Shown piece by piece: positions 37,476 through 49,984 of a DNA stretch of 64,000 nucleotides (positions are counted from its first letter, which is position 1; each line of letters starts with the position of its first letter). Below the pieces are notes generated by a model. It had not been told where the DNA came from. It was given only the letters and a program-made list of their open reading frames with translations, and did not search any database. The stretch is from the NCBI GenBank assembly GCA_049840735.1, contig JASGJN010000017.1, positions 544,001 to 608,000 of the forward strand, written 5' to 3'. The position numbers and the translations under genes were made by a program. Origin of the DNA: Anaeromyxobacter sp. GTDB taxonomy: Bacteria > Myxococcota > Myxococcia > Myxococcales > Anaeromyxobacteraceae.

Positions 37476-37500
37476 CTGAGGCCCGGGCTCCGCCGCCCCC

Positions 37501-40201
37501 TCAGTGCGCCTCCGCCCAGCTCCGCCCCTGCCCCACCTCCACGTCCAGCGGGACCTTGAGCTGCGCGGCGGCCGACATCTCTCGGGCGACCAGCGCGCTG
37601 GCGGCCTCCACGGCGCCCTCGGCCACCTCCAGCACCAGCTCGTCGTGGACCTGGAGCAGCAGGAGCGCGTCCAGCTGCTCGCGCTGCAGCGCCTCCTGCA
37701 CGCGCAGCATGGCCAGCTTCACGATGTCGGCGGCGGTGCCCTGGATGGGCGTGTTGATGGCGGTGCGCTCGGCGGCCATGCGCAGCGCGGGGTTGCGCGA
37801 GGTGATCTCGGGCATGGCCCGCACGCGGCCGTAGAGCGTTCGGCTCTCGCCGGTGCGCTTGGCGTCGGCGACGGCCTGGTCGATGTAGGCGCGCACGCCG
37901 GCGTAGCGGGCGAAGTACCGGTCGATGATCTTCTGCGCCTCGCCGGCCGGCAGCTCCAGCCGCTGCGAGAGGCCGAACGCGGAGAGGCCGTAGGCGATGC
38001 CGAAGTTGAGCATCTTGGCCACCCGGCGCATGTCCGGGGTGACGCCGTCCGGCGCCACGCCGAAGGTCTCGGCGGCGGTGCGGGTGTGCACGTCCTCGCG
38101 GTTGCGGAAGGCCTCCAGCAGCGCCGGGTCGTCCGAGTAGTGGGCCAGGATGCGCAGCTCGATCTGCGAGTAGTCGGCGGAGACCAGCCGCCGCCCGGGC
38201 GGCGCCACGAAGGCGGCCCGGATACGCCGCGACAGCTCGGTGCGGACGGGGATGTTCTGGAGGTTGGGGTCGGTGGACGAGAGCCGCCCGGTGGCGGCGC
38301 CGGCCTGGTGGAAGGTGGTGTGGAGGCGGCCGTCCTGCGGATCGACCAGCTGCGGGAGCGCGTCCACGTACGTGCCCTTGAGCTTCGCGAGGCCGCGGTG
38401 CTCCAGCACCAGCGCGGGCAGCGCGTGCTGCTCGGCCAGCTTCTCCAGCACCTCCTGGTCGGTGGAGGGGCCGGTCTTGAGCCGCTTCACCACCGGCAAC
38501 CCCAGCTCCTCGAACAGCACCTGCGCCAGCTCGCGGGTGGAGGCGATGTTGAAGGGGCGGCCGGCGGCGGCGTGGATGCGCGCCTCCAGGTCCACCATGG
38601 CCTTGCCGAACTCGGCGCTCATGTCCGCCATGGCCCCGCGGTCCACGGCGATGCCGGTCCGCTCCATCACGAACAGCACCGGCACCAGCGGCCGCTCCAC
38701 CTCGCGGTAGAGCGGCGTGAGCCGCTCCTCCTCCAGCGCTGCCACCAGCGCCTTGGCCAGATCGGGCAGCGCGGCGGCCGCCGCCCCGCACCACTCCGCC
38801 ACCCGCTCGACCTCGATCCCCTCCAGGTCCACCCGCTCCGAGCGGCGGGCCCCGTCGCCGCCGCTGGGGTCGCGCGGCAGCTCGCAGGCGATCCGCTCCC
38901 GCGCCACGTCGGCCAGCGCGTGCTCGCGCCGGGTGGGCAGGAGCAGCCGGCTGGCCAGCTCGGTGTCCACCCCCGGCCCGCGCCAGCGGAGCCCCAGCGC
39001 CGCGGCGGCGTGGTGCGCCGCCTTGAGCTCGTGGGCGTGCTTCTCCACCTCGCCCTCCAGCAGCGGCCGCAGCGCCTCGCGGACGCCGTCGCGCGGCAGC
39101 GCGGGGGGCGCGCCCAGGTAGCGGTGGCCGATGGGCAGGTAGAAGGCCCGCCCGCCGCCGGCCAGCCCCAGCCCGACCACCGGGGCGGCCCGCGGCGGCC
39201 CCTCGCCCAGCACCGGGCGAACCCCCACCGCCCCGGCCTGCAGCAGGTGCGCGACCGCCGCCTCCAGGCTGGCCAGGTCGCGCAGCAGCTCCGGCTTCTC
39301 GGCGCGCGCGGTGGGTGGCGGCGCCGGCAGGTCCTTGAGCAGCCGGGAGAACTCCAGCTCGGAGAAGAGCGCCCGGGCGCGGGCGTCGTCGGGCGGCTGG
39401 CGCTCGAAGCTCTCAGGCTGGAACGGCAGCGCCAGGTCACAGCGGAGCGACACCAGCTGGCGGTTGAGGCGGATCCGCTCCGCGGCGCCGGTGATCTTCT
39501 CGCGCAGCTTCTCGCCGCCGCGCGAGAACCGCCTGGGGGATCTCCTCCGGGCGGCGCAGCAGCTCCTCGACCGTGCCGAAGTGCTTGATGAGCGCGGTGG
39601 CGGTCACCTCGCCCACGCCCGGGATGCCCGGCACGTCGTCGATCTTGTCGCCCAGGATGGCCATGTACTCGACCACCTGGTCCGGGCGGATGCCCAGCTT
39701 CTTCTCCACCTCGGCCGGCCCGGTCCACCCGCCCCGCCCGCTGGCCTCGGCCATCGGGTCGTAGAGCGTCACCTGCCCGTCCACCAGCTGGGCGAAGTCC
39801 TTGTCGCCGGTGACCACCACCACCTGCCAGCCGTGCTCACGGGCGCGGCAGGCCAGCGTGCCGATCACGTCGTCGGCCTCGACGTGGGCCTCCTCGATGA
39901 GCGGCACCCGCAGGGCCCGCGCCACGTCGCGCACCAGCGGAAACTGCGCCTTGAGGTCGTCGGGGGTCTCCGGCCGGCTCGACTTGTAGCCGGGGTCGAG
40001 GTCGTGGCGGAAGGTGGTGCGGGCCGCGTCCAGCACCAGCGCCACGTGCGTGGGCGCCCGCTCCCGCAGCGCCTTGAGCAGCATGGTCGTGAAGCCGTAG
40101 ACCGCGTTGGTCGGCTGGCCCTTCGTGGTGGTGAGCGGCGGGAGCGCGTGGAACGCCCGGTAGACGAACCCGGAACCGTCGATCAGGGTCAGCGTCGGCA
40201 T
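37501..40201 (-). CDS. polA: DNA polymerase I; frameshift near 39530
   Basis: LIDGS..YRAFHALP, EADDVIG, TGRLSSTDPNLQNIP, ADYSQIELR, LLQVHDEL. Confidence 0.95.
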
Positions 40202-40265
40202 GGCCCGCACGATAGCCGCGCGGGCGCCTGCGGGCACCGCGAAAAGTTGGGCTCCCGGTTGGCGC

Positions 40266-40849
40266 TCAGGCCGGCCCGATCCTGCAGCGCAGCCGCTCGG
40301 CGCAGATGAAGAACTCGTCCCCGTCCTGGACCGGGTGGCGCTGGATGCGCGCGCGCTGGTGCCAGGTGCCGTTGGCCGAGCCCAGGTCCTCGAAGAACCA
40401 GGCGTCCCCCTCGTGCACCACCGCGGCGTGCTCGCGCGAGACCTTGGTGCTCTCCACCACCAGGTCGCAGTGGCGGCCCCGCCCGATCAGGAAGCGGTCG
40501 CGGGTGACCGGGAGCTCGGTGCCGTCGTCGCGGATCAGCACCAGCGCACGGGGCGCGCCCGGCGGCACCGCCAGCGGGGGCGGCAGCCGCGGCGGCTCGG
40601 TGTCGCGCTCGTGGATGGCCTGCTCCAGGCGCGCTGCCGTCTCGAGCACCTTCTGGGCGGCGGCCCGGCGCTCCGGGGGCTCCTTGCGCGGGCCGGCGCC
40701 CGGCGCGGGGGCAGGTAACCGTGCAGGCGGGCCAGGCCATGCAGCGCCTGGTTCACCAGGGCCTCGCGATCAGTCCCCATCTCCTCGGCCATGCGGCCCA
40801 GGAGCTCCCAGAGGTGATCGGCGATCACGACGGTGCGGGCGGTCTTCAC
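40266..40849 (-). CDS. FHA-domain protein; frameshift near 40700
   Basis: FLIGRG..CDL..VSREHA..EDLGSANGTW; N-terminal part in another frame. Confidence 0.75.
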
Positions 40850-40909
40850 CCGCAGCACGGTAGCAGAGCCGTCCGGGGCGCACCACGTCCGGCGCGCCGG
40901 CCGGCCAGG

Positions 40910-43499
40910 TCAGCGGATGACCTTGCTGCTCCCGAAGTAGAGCGCCGGGCTGAAATCCAGCACGAAGCCGTCCACGTAGGGCACGTAGAACCGGTAGGCC
41001 TCCGTGCGCTGCCCCTCGTACTTGCTGCGGTCGAAGGGCACCGCCGGGAAGGGCTGGCCCAGCGAGCCGCCCGAGCCCGAGGGTGCGGCGCGGTAGGAGG
41101 CCGTGAACCCGGCGCGGGTGCCGACCTCGGCGGCCATGTCCCGCCACGGCTTGCCGGTCGTCTCGCCCACCGCCGGCACGAAGCCGACCTTGAAGGTCAG
41201 CGCCGGGCCGTCGGCCAGCGGGAACGGGAACTGCGCCACCGGCCAGCGCGTGACGCAGGCGCCCGAAGAGGCCTGGTCCAGGCACTCGTCCGAGAGGTGG
41301 TAGATGCGCCGGGCCTTGCGCGCGATGGCCAGCTTCTCGCAGCGGGCGCGGCAGACGTCGTCGCAGTCCACCACTGCCGGGCTGGCGGGGAACGGGTCCG
41401 GCCACGGCCAGGGCGAGAGCGGGCAGAGCGCCGCCAGCTGCCACTCGGTCAGCAGGGTGCCGGGCGCGCCCGGATCTGCCTGGAGGTACGAGAGCGAGTA
41501 CGCGTCGCCGCTGGAGCTGGTGGCGATCCTGGCGCGGCCCACGTACCCCAGGCCGGCGCTGACCACCACCACCTCGGGCGCGTCCTCGGTGCCGCCGCCG
41601 GCGCGGAGGCTGGCGGGCACGCGCTTCCCCTGGCGCAGCGTCGGGGCGCAGGCGGTCCACTCCGCCGCCGCGGTGCAGTCGGTCTCGCCCGTCGAGTCGG
41701 TCGTGCAGCCCGGCTCGGTGAGCACCAGCGCTCCGCCCGGATAGGCCGCGGTGGGCGGGAGCAGGGCCGAGATGCGGGCCTCGACGGCGGTGGTCTCGTT
41801 GTCGTCGGTGCCGTCCGGGCAGTTGTCCAGCCCCTCGGCGGTGCTGAGCAGGACGATGTCGCCCACGTGGACGCCCAGCGCCGGATCGTAGACCTGCACC
41901 ACCTGCGTGCGGCGGGTGCCCCCTGCCCCGTCGGACTCGCTGGTCTGCAGCGCCACCGCCACCGCGTCGCCGTAGGCGAAGGTCTCGGCGCTGCGCAGCT
42001 CGAAGCCGGGCAGGCCGCCCTCGTAGGTGACGCGGAAGGTGTCGCTGGGCGTGTAGCCGGGCGTCACGCCGAAGGCCAGGTTGGCGTAGGCGTAGATGAC
42101 GCCGACCTTCTGGTCGTGCTCCGAGTTCTCGTACCAGAAGCCCAGGCGAGGGCTGAGCGGATCACCGGTGTCCAGCGAGGCGATGGCGGTGCGGGTGGAG
42201 GTGCTGTTGAGGATCGAGGTGTCGGACGGGACGGCCCAGCGCGACAGGTCCACGTAGTAGACCCGGCCGTCGCCGCTGGGCACCGCCAGCAACCCGGTGG
42301 TGGTGCGCACGCCGGTGCTGGGCGCGATCTTGAGGTACGGGGCGGCGTACTCGTCGTCCGTGGCCGCCACGGCCGGGGCGATGGCAACGGTCAGGCCGGT
42401 GGGCCGGACCGGCAGCCGGATGGGCGCCAGGTACGGGGCCGCGCCGGAGACGTCCGCCCGGAGCGTGCCGGTGACCGGGTCGATCACCGCGATGCCGCAG
42501 TTGATGATCTGCGACGGCCCGCAGTAGCCCTCGGAGAGGACCGCGTAGACCCGGTCCACCAGCTTCATGCTCCCATCCTCGTTGATCTCGAAGGGATCGA
42601 GATCCGGGTGGTCCGGGTTGGGGTTGTTGGCCACCGAGCCCGGCTTGCGCTCCGAGAGCCGCGTGGCGGCCACCAGGCGCGTGGGGACGAGCGTGTCGAG
42701 CCCGCGCCAGGTCCAGGCGCCCGGGGTGCCGGTCACGTCGAAGTCGGCCACGCCCAGCACGTCCCCGGAGGCGGTGGGGATGGGGTCCTCGGTGGCCGCG
42801 TAGAGGTGCGTGACGTCGAAGGTGTTCACGGCCAGCGAGAGCGCCTGGAACGACTCGCCGTCGAGCGTCAGCGGCTGCACCGTCGCGGTCTGCGGAGACC
42901 GGCACGATGGAGCCGTCCCCGACCCGCTGGTACTCGGCCACCGCCAGCTTCTGCCCGGCCAGGGACGCGATCACCCGCACGCGACCGGTGGCCGCGCGCC
43001 AGCCGCCCGCGCCGTCGGACTCGGGGACCGGCGCCGCCACCGCCGCCACCAGCGGCGCGCCCAGCTCCACGTCGTGGCTCTCGTCGGCCACCACGTTGTA
43101 CGGCGCACCCTCGGCCGTGAGCCAGGTCTGCACCAGCTGCATCCGGGTGGACCCGGCGCCGACCACCACCAGGAGGTCGGCCAGGGGGGCCTCGTCGGTC
43201 GAGTCGCCCAGCGACGCGCCGATCACCTTGGCCGGGTACGGATCGCCGACCGGCACGGACTGCGGGCGGACCAGCACCGGCGCCAGCACCGCCTTGTCGT
43301 CCAGCGCGTCGATCAGGACCAGCTCGTCCTTGCCGCTGCTGGCCACCGCCACGTAGGGGTGGAGCGCCGCGTTCTTGGTGGTGAAGCCCTCGAAGATCGC
43401 CACCGAGGTCGGCTCGTTCAGGCCGACGCCGATGGAGGTGGTGTAGTTCTGGCAGGCGGTGAGCGCCAGCGCCAGGGCGGCGAGCGGCAGGGCCTTCAC
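40910..43499 (-). CDS. Large putative lipoprotein; frameshift near 42890
   Basis: GTG start, lipobox LTAC, beta-rich Cys-containing sequence continuing in ORF 40910-42880. Confidence 0.7.
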
Positions 43500-44793
43500 T
43501 GGGCTTTGCTCCCGATGCGCAGGGGTTTGGACGGATCGGCCTCGTCGTGCACCACGTCGGCCGAGGCCGGGTCGGCCAGGGGCACATCCACCGGCGTGAC
43601 GAAGGCGTCCTCGAAGGAATCCCACGAAGATCCGGGCGACGTCGCCGCGGTCCTGGACCGCCAGCCCGAACGGCAGGTGGCCCAGCACGGGCCCGCCGGT
43701 GGTGGGGTCGCGGCCGAAGACCTTCACCATCGCGCCGGACTCGTCGTCGTAGATCCAGAGCAGGCCGTCCTCGGTGGCGGCGACCGCCACCAGGTCGCGC
43801 ATCCCGTCGCGCGCCGGCAGCACGGCCAGCTCGGAGGCGCCCAGGCCGATGTCGATGGTCCGGACCACCACCGGCCGCGGCTCGCCGAACGCGCCCTCGC
43901 GCAGCTCCAGCACGACCAGCAGGCCGCCGATGTCGTAGGTGGGGCGGGTGCCGATGGCGGAGGCCACGTCGGCGTCGTAGAGGCGCAGCGCCACGTACAT
44001 CCGGCGCACCTCGCCCTCGCGAGGCGTGGAGAGGGCGATGCCGGCCGGCTCCGAATCCGCGGAACAGGCCGTAGAGGTCGAAGGAGCGCAGCGGGCACCC
44101 GCCGGAGAGCTCCGGGTCCCCCACCTTGCAGCCACCGGCCAGCTCCAGCCAGCGGATCAGCGCGGCCGCGCCGCCGTTGGCGGTGCTCCAGTAGAGCCGG
44201 TTGCGCGCGGCGTCAAAGGCGAAGCTGCGCACCGTGCCGACGCCGGTGTCGATGGTGACGCGAGCGCCGGTCTCGAGGTTGAGCGAGCCCAGGTAGCCCC
44301 TGGACCCGAGCGCGCGCAGGTAGCCGACCCAGGCGCGCGAGGTGACCCCGACGCCGCAGGTGAGCGTCACCGCGTACGGGTCCGCCCCGCCCGCCACGCC
44401 CAGGTCCGTCCGGCAGCCGTCGCAGGTGAGCGGACCGCCGTCGAGCGCCACGCGCCAGAGCGCGTTCTCGGTGCGCGAGGTCACGAACGCCTGCGGCGTC
44501 GCGAACGCCGCCCCGCACTCCGGCCCCGCCACGGCCAGCTGCCCGCCGAAGTTGCCGATCCGGATGCCGCTCGGCCCGGCGGCCACGTCGGCCAGGTCCA
44601 CCTTTGTCAGCGAGCCGTTGTCGTAGAGCAGGTCGAAGTTGGAGGAGACGACCAGCAGGTCGTCGCCCGACAGGGCGAGGCCGGTCGGGAACGCGAAGGC
44701 GTCGAGCGGGATGTCCGCCGGCGGCTTGCTCAGCTGGCAAGCCGGCAGGAGCACCGCAGCGAGGAGGGCCAGCCGAGGGAGGAGGGCGCGCAC
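43496..44793 (-). CDS. Putative beta-propeller lipoprotein; frameshifts near 44055 and 43620
   Basis: Lipobox LPAC; FPTGLAL..VVSSNFDL; reconstructed end LRIGSKAQ* overlaps the next GTG. Confidence 0.65.
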
Positions 44794-44851
44794 GGGGAGG
44801 CGCGAACCGTAATCCCCGGTGCGGCGGATGGTCAAGCGCATGAGCCGCCCG

Positions 44852-46948
44852 TCAGGCCTTGGCCGGCAGCTCGGCCTGGATCTTCCGGAAGTCGGCCACG
44901 TCCTGGAAGAGCGACCCCACCCGGCGCAGCAGCCCGAGCCGGTTGGCGCGGACGGCCGGATCCTCGGCCATCACCAGGACGTCGTCGAAGAAGCCCGCCA
45001 CCGCCGGCTCCAGCGCGGCCACGCGCTGCAGGACGGCGGCGTAGTCGCGCGCGGTGCGCCGTTCACCCACCTCCGCCTCCACGCGGAGCAGCTCGTCGTG
45101 CAGCCGGCGCTCGGCGCCGTCCTGCAGCAGCCCCGGGTCCACCGCCGACGAGGCCTCGCCCTTGGCCTTCTCTTGGATGTTGGCCACCCGCTTGAACGCC
45201 ACCGCCAGCGGGGTGAAGTCCGGGCGCGCCTTGATGGCGGCCAGGGCCTGCAGCCGCTGGTGCGCGTCCACCACGTCGTCGAAGCCGGCCGCCAGCACCG
45301 CCTCGACCAGGTCGCCGTCGTGCGCCTCGGACCAGAGCGCCTTCACGCGGCCGCGGAGGAAGTCGAGCACCTGCGCGGCGACGGCCTTGCGGTCGGCCGC
45401 CAGCTTCACGCCGCCCAGCGTGTCGAGCGCCTTCTCGACCGCCTGCGAGAGCGAGAGGTGGTACCCGCGGGCCAGCAGCAGCCGGAGGATGCCGATGGCG
45501 GCGCGGCGCAGGCCGAAGGGATCGGCCGCGCCGGTGGCCTTCTCACCCACGCCGATGATGCCCACCAGCTGGTGCAGCCGGTCGCCGAGGCCCACCAGGG
45601 CGCCCAGGTCGTTGCGCGGCAGCTCCTCGCCGGCGCCGATGGGGCGGTAGTGGTCCTCGATGGCGTCGGCCAGCTCGGGGGCCAGCCCCTCCAGCCGCGC
45701 GTAGTGGGCGCCCATGATGCCCTGCAGCTCGGGGAACTCGCCCACCATGCCGGTGTTGAGGTCAACCTTGGCCAGCCGGGCCACCTCGGCCACGCCGGCC
45801 ACCAGCTCCTCGCGCCCGAGGGCGCGCGCCAGGGCCTCGGCCACCGCGCCGATGCGCCCGGCGCGATCCAGCTCGGAGCCGAGCTTGGCCTGGTAGGTGC
45901 GCCGGCCCAGGTCGGCCACGCGGTCCGCCAGGGGACGCTTGCGGTCCTCCTCGAAGAAGAAGCGGGCGTCGGCCAGGCGGGCGCGCAGCACGCGCTCGTA
46001 GCCGTGGCGCGCGACCTTGGGGTCCTTCACCCGGGTGGCCGAGATGGCCACGAAGCGGTTCTTGAGGGTCCCCTTCCCGTCCACCACCGCGAAGTAGCGC
46101 TGGTGGTTGCGCATCTCGGAGATCACCACCTCGGCCGGCAGCTCGAGGTTGGACTTCTCGAACTCGCCGGCGATGCCGGTGGGCGCCTCGACCAGGTAGA
46201 GCACCTGCTCGACCAGCGACGGATCCGGGCGGGCCACGCCGCCCGCCGCCTTGGCGGCCCGGGCCAGCTCGGCCTCGAGGGCGGCGCGCCGCTCGGCCGG
46301 ATCGGCCAGCACGCCGGCCTTGCGCAGCCTGGCCAGGTAGTCCTCGGGCGTGCCCTTGAGCGGGATGGCCTGCGGGGCCAGGAAGCGGTGGCCGTGGGTG
46401 ACCTTGCCCGAGACCACCGAGCCGTAGCGCACCTTGAGCGGCTTGCCGCCGTAGAGCGCCACCAGCCAGCGCACCGGCCGCGCGAAGGTGACCTCGTCCC
46501 AGCGCGAGCGCATGGCCTTGCGGAAGCGCAGCCCGGCCGCGAGCTTCTCCAGCAGCTCCGGCAGCACCTGCGCGGCGCGCCTGCCCTGCTCCACCTTGGT
46601 GACCGCCAGCCGCTCGCCCTTGGGCGTCTGCGCCCGGGTCAGCGCCGACACCTCCACGCCCTGGCTCTTCGCGAAGCCGAGCGCGGCCGGGGTGGGCTTG
46701 CCCTCGGCGTCGAAGGCCTGCGCCACCGGCGGGCCGAAGGCCTCGGTGCGCGCGTCGGCCTGCCTGGCCGCCACGTCCCGGGCCCAGACCGCGAGCCGCC
46801 GCGGCGTGCCCACCGCCTTCACCTCGCCGTGGGAGAGGCGCGCGCCGTCGAGGGCCTTGGCCAGGTCCTCCTCCAGCTGCTTGAGCGCCGGGGGGACGAA
46901 GCCCGCCGGGATCTCCTCGGCACCGATCTCGAAAAGAAGGTCCGCCAT
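44852..46948 (-). CDS. glyS: Glycine--tRNA ligase beta subunit
   Basis: LLFEIGAEEIP, TPRRLAV, FARPVRW, MVGEFPELQG, DPFGLRR, RANRLGLL. Confidence 0.97.
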   Translation of the reverse strand: MADLLFEIGAEEIPAGFVPPALKQLEEDLAKALDGARLSHGEVKAVGTPRRLAVWARDVAARQADARTEAFGPPVAQAFDAEGKPTPAALGFAKSQGVEVSALTRAQTPKGERLAVTKVEQGRRAAQVLPELLEKLAAGLRFRKAMRSRWDEVTFARPVRWLVALYGGKPLKVRYGSVVSGKVTHGHRFLAPQAIPLKGTPEDYLARLRKAGVLADPAERRAALEAELARAAKAAGGVARPDPSLVEQVLYLVEAPTGIAGEFEKSNLELPAEVVISEMRNHQRYFAVVDGKGTLKNRFVAISATRVKDPKVARHGYERVLRARLADARFFFEEDRKRPLADRVADLGRRTYQAKLGSELDRAGRIGAVAEALARALGREELVAGVAEVARLAKVDLNTGMVGEFPELQGIMGAHYARLEGLAPELADAIEDHYRPIGAGEELPRNDLGALVGLGDRLHQLVGIIGVGEKATGAADPFGLRRAAIGILRLLLARGYHLSLSQAVEKALDTLGGVKLAADRKAVAAQVLDFLRGRVKALWSEAHDGDLVEAVLAAGFDDVVDAHQRLQALAAIKARPDFTPLAVAFKRVANIQEKAKGEASSAVDPGLLQDGAERRLHDELLRVEAEVGERRTARDYAAVLQRVAALEPAVAGFFDDVLVMAEDPAVRANRLGLLRRVGSLFQDVADFRKIQAELPAKA

Positions 46949-46980
46949 GTCGTGTCTCTCGTGGTGTGGGGAGGCGCGGC

Positions 46981-47931
<951 letters not shown>

Positions 47932-48102
47932 GCGCGTCGCCTCCGTCACACCGACCCGCGGGGCACGCCAGCGGGCGGCCCCCCGGCTGCGGGCAAGAGC
48001 GGCACCGTAGGGCCCTAAGCTCGCGGTGTCAAAGGAAATTTTTCACGGGCAGCGGCGGCCGCGGCCCCGCTCCGCCCCAGGGTGAACCGGGCCCCCGGCC
48101 CT

Positions 48103-48873
48103 TCATTCCCCGAGCAGCGGGCCGACCTCGTCGAGGAAGCGCCGCGCCGCCAGCCGGCGGCCGAGCTGGAACTCCACGAAGGCCCCCAGGGCCTCCCGGG
48201 CCTCGCGCCCGGCCGGCGGGGCCAGCGGCTCGCCGGCGGCGGCCGCGAGCCCACCCTCCTGCAGCCGCCGCAGCGCCGCCAGCGTGGCGGGCGCCAGCCC
48301 GGGGCAGCCCGGGGAGGCCGCCGGCGTGCAGGCCAGGCAGAGCGCCCCGCCGTGGCCCGGGTCGAAGCGCAGCCGCGGCGCCTCGTCCAGCGGCTCGCCG
48401 CAGCGGGCGCAGGCGTCCAGCCGCGGCATCAGGCCGGCGGCGCGGAGCGCCCACAGCTCGAAGGCGCGCAGGGCGGCCGGCCGCGCCGGGGCGCCGTCGA
48501 GCAGCGCCAGGTACCCGCCCAGCAGGTCGAAGAGCTCCGGGTGCGGCTCGTGATCCCGCAGCAGCTCGCGGGCCAGCTCGGCGGCGTAGCCGGCGCAGGC
48601 GATGCGGGCCAGGTCGGCCCGGATGCCGCCGAACCCCCGCTCGACCGAGACGCTGTCCAGCCCCAGCAGGTCGGAACCGCCGCGCGACCGCGCCTCGGCG
48701 GTGAGCAGCGTGAAGGGCTCGAGCGCGCCGCCGAAGCGCTTGCGGGAGGCGCGGGCGCCGCGGGCGAACGCCGAGACCTTCCCCTGCTCGCGCGTGAGCA
48801 GCGTGATCACGCGGTCCGACTCGCCGTAGTCGACGGCGCGCAGCACGAACCCGGTGAGCTTGAGGTGGTCCAC
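48103..48873 (-). CDS. recO: DNA repair protein RecO
   Basis: YGESDRVITLLTRE.GK..ARGAR.S.KRF..LEPF; CxxC..CxxC zinc motif; adjacent to glyQ. Confidence 0.92.
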   Translation of the reverse strand: MDHLKLTGFVLRAVDYGESDRVITLLTREQGKVSAFARGARASRKRFGGALEPFTLLTAEARSRGGSDLLGLDSVSVERGFGGIRADLARIACAGYAAELARELLRDHEPHPELFDLLGGYLALLDGAPARPAALRAFELWALRAAGLMPRLDACARCGEPLDEAPRLRFDPGHGGALCLACTPAASPGCPGLAPATLAALRRLQEGGLAAAAGEPLAPPAGREAREALGAFVEFQLGRRLAARRFLDEVGPLLGE

Positions 48874-48911
48874 GGCGAGCCTTGTACCGCGGCGCGGCGG
48901 GCGGTGCAGCG

Positions 48912-49517
48912 CTACGGCGCCCAGGAGGCGCGGTAGCGGACGTAGCCCAGGCCGGCCTCCTCGACCTCGACGATGGGCGCGTGGGCGCGCGACAGCTCCA
49001 GGGCCGCGGCGAAGGACTGGCCGAAGGCCCGCATCAGCAGGCGATCGTAGAGCCCCAGCGGGAAGCGGATGCCGATGCGGACGCCGTCGTCGGCAATCCC
49101 CTCCAGCTCCAGCTGCGACCCTCGGTGGAAGTTGGCCCAGCGTGCGCTCGACATGCGGAGCAGCCGCTCCGGCGTGGCCGCCGCCAGCATGATCCGGTAG
49201 GCGGGGCTCTGGAACATGGCGGTGTCGCGCTGGCGCGACTGGGCCACGGCGGTCTCGTCGGACAGGTTGCGCAGGTCGGCCGCCGCCAGGAACAGGGCCG
49301 CGAAGTGGACCTCCGGGATCCACTCCGGGGCCATGGGCGGATCGCGCACCAGGTCGAGCAGCGGCCCCGCCGGCAGCGCCTCCAGCGCGCGGCGGTTGGA
49401 CTCCTCGTCCAGCAGGGCGCGCACGAGCACACCCTTCGCGCGGCACTCCGGATAGGCGTCGAGCCCGCCCGGGAGCATCAGCAAGTATCGTTCGAGCCGG
49501 CGCGCGCCGCCGATCAT
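48912..49517 (-). CDS. Hypothetical protein (myxobacterial type)
   Basis: YL..LPGGLDAYPEC.AKG, EWIPEVH, WANFHRGS; clean ORF. Confidence 0.65.
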   Translation of the reverse strand: MIGGARRLERYLLMLPGGLDAYPECRAKGVLVRALLDEESNRRALEALPAGPLLDLVRDPPMAPEWIPEVHFAALFLAAADLRNLSDETAVAQSRQRDTAMFQSPAYRIMLAAATPERLLRMSSARWANFHRGSQLELEGIADDGVRIGIRFPLGLYDRLLMRAFGQSFAAALELSRAHAPIVEVEEAGLGYVRYRASWAP

Positions 49518-49594
49518 GATGCCCGTCCCTGCCCCAGTGCCACTGGCTGCGGCACTCTACGACGTGACACCGACCGTGCGCACGGGGTCGCGTG

Positions 49595-49984
49595 CTACCC
49601 GCGCAGGATACCCCAGGCCAGCGCGGCCAGCGCGGCCAGCGCCGCAGCGGCGGCCAGCAGCACGGCCGGCCGAGGCTGGAAGCGCCGCCCCTCTCCGCCG
49701 GACGCCTTGGCCGGGCCGGCGGCCTCCTCGTAGCGGAGCACCACCTCATCCGGGTCGAGGCCGATCGCCCCGGCGTAGGAGCGAAGGTATCCCACCAGGT
49801 AAGCGCGGGGCGGCATGCGCTCGGCCTCGCCGGACTCCAGGGCCTCCACCACCCCGGGGGCGAGCTTGGTGGCGCGCGCCACCTCCGCGCGCCCCAGCCC
49901 GCGCAGCTCGCGCTCGCGGGCCAGCCAGCGGCCGAAGGAGGGCAGGCCTTCGCCCGGCGGCGCGTCGGTGCTCGTCATCGTCAC
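49595..49984 (-). CDS. RodZ-like HTH protein with C-terminal TM helix
   Basis: FGRWL..ERELRGL..VA..TK..ALE.G..P...GYLRSYA..IGLD. Confidence 0.85.
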   Translation of the reverse strand: MTMTSTDAPPGEGLPSFGRWLARERELRGLGRAEVARATKLAPGVVEALESGEAERMPPRAYLVGYLRSYAGAIGLDPDEVVLRYEEAAGPAKASGGEGRRFQPRPAVLLAAAAALAALAALAWGILRG

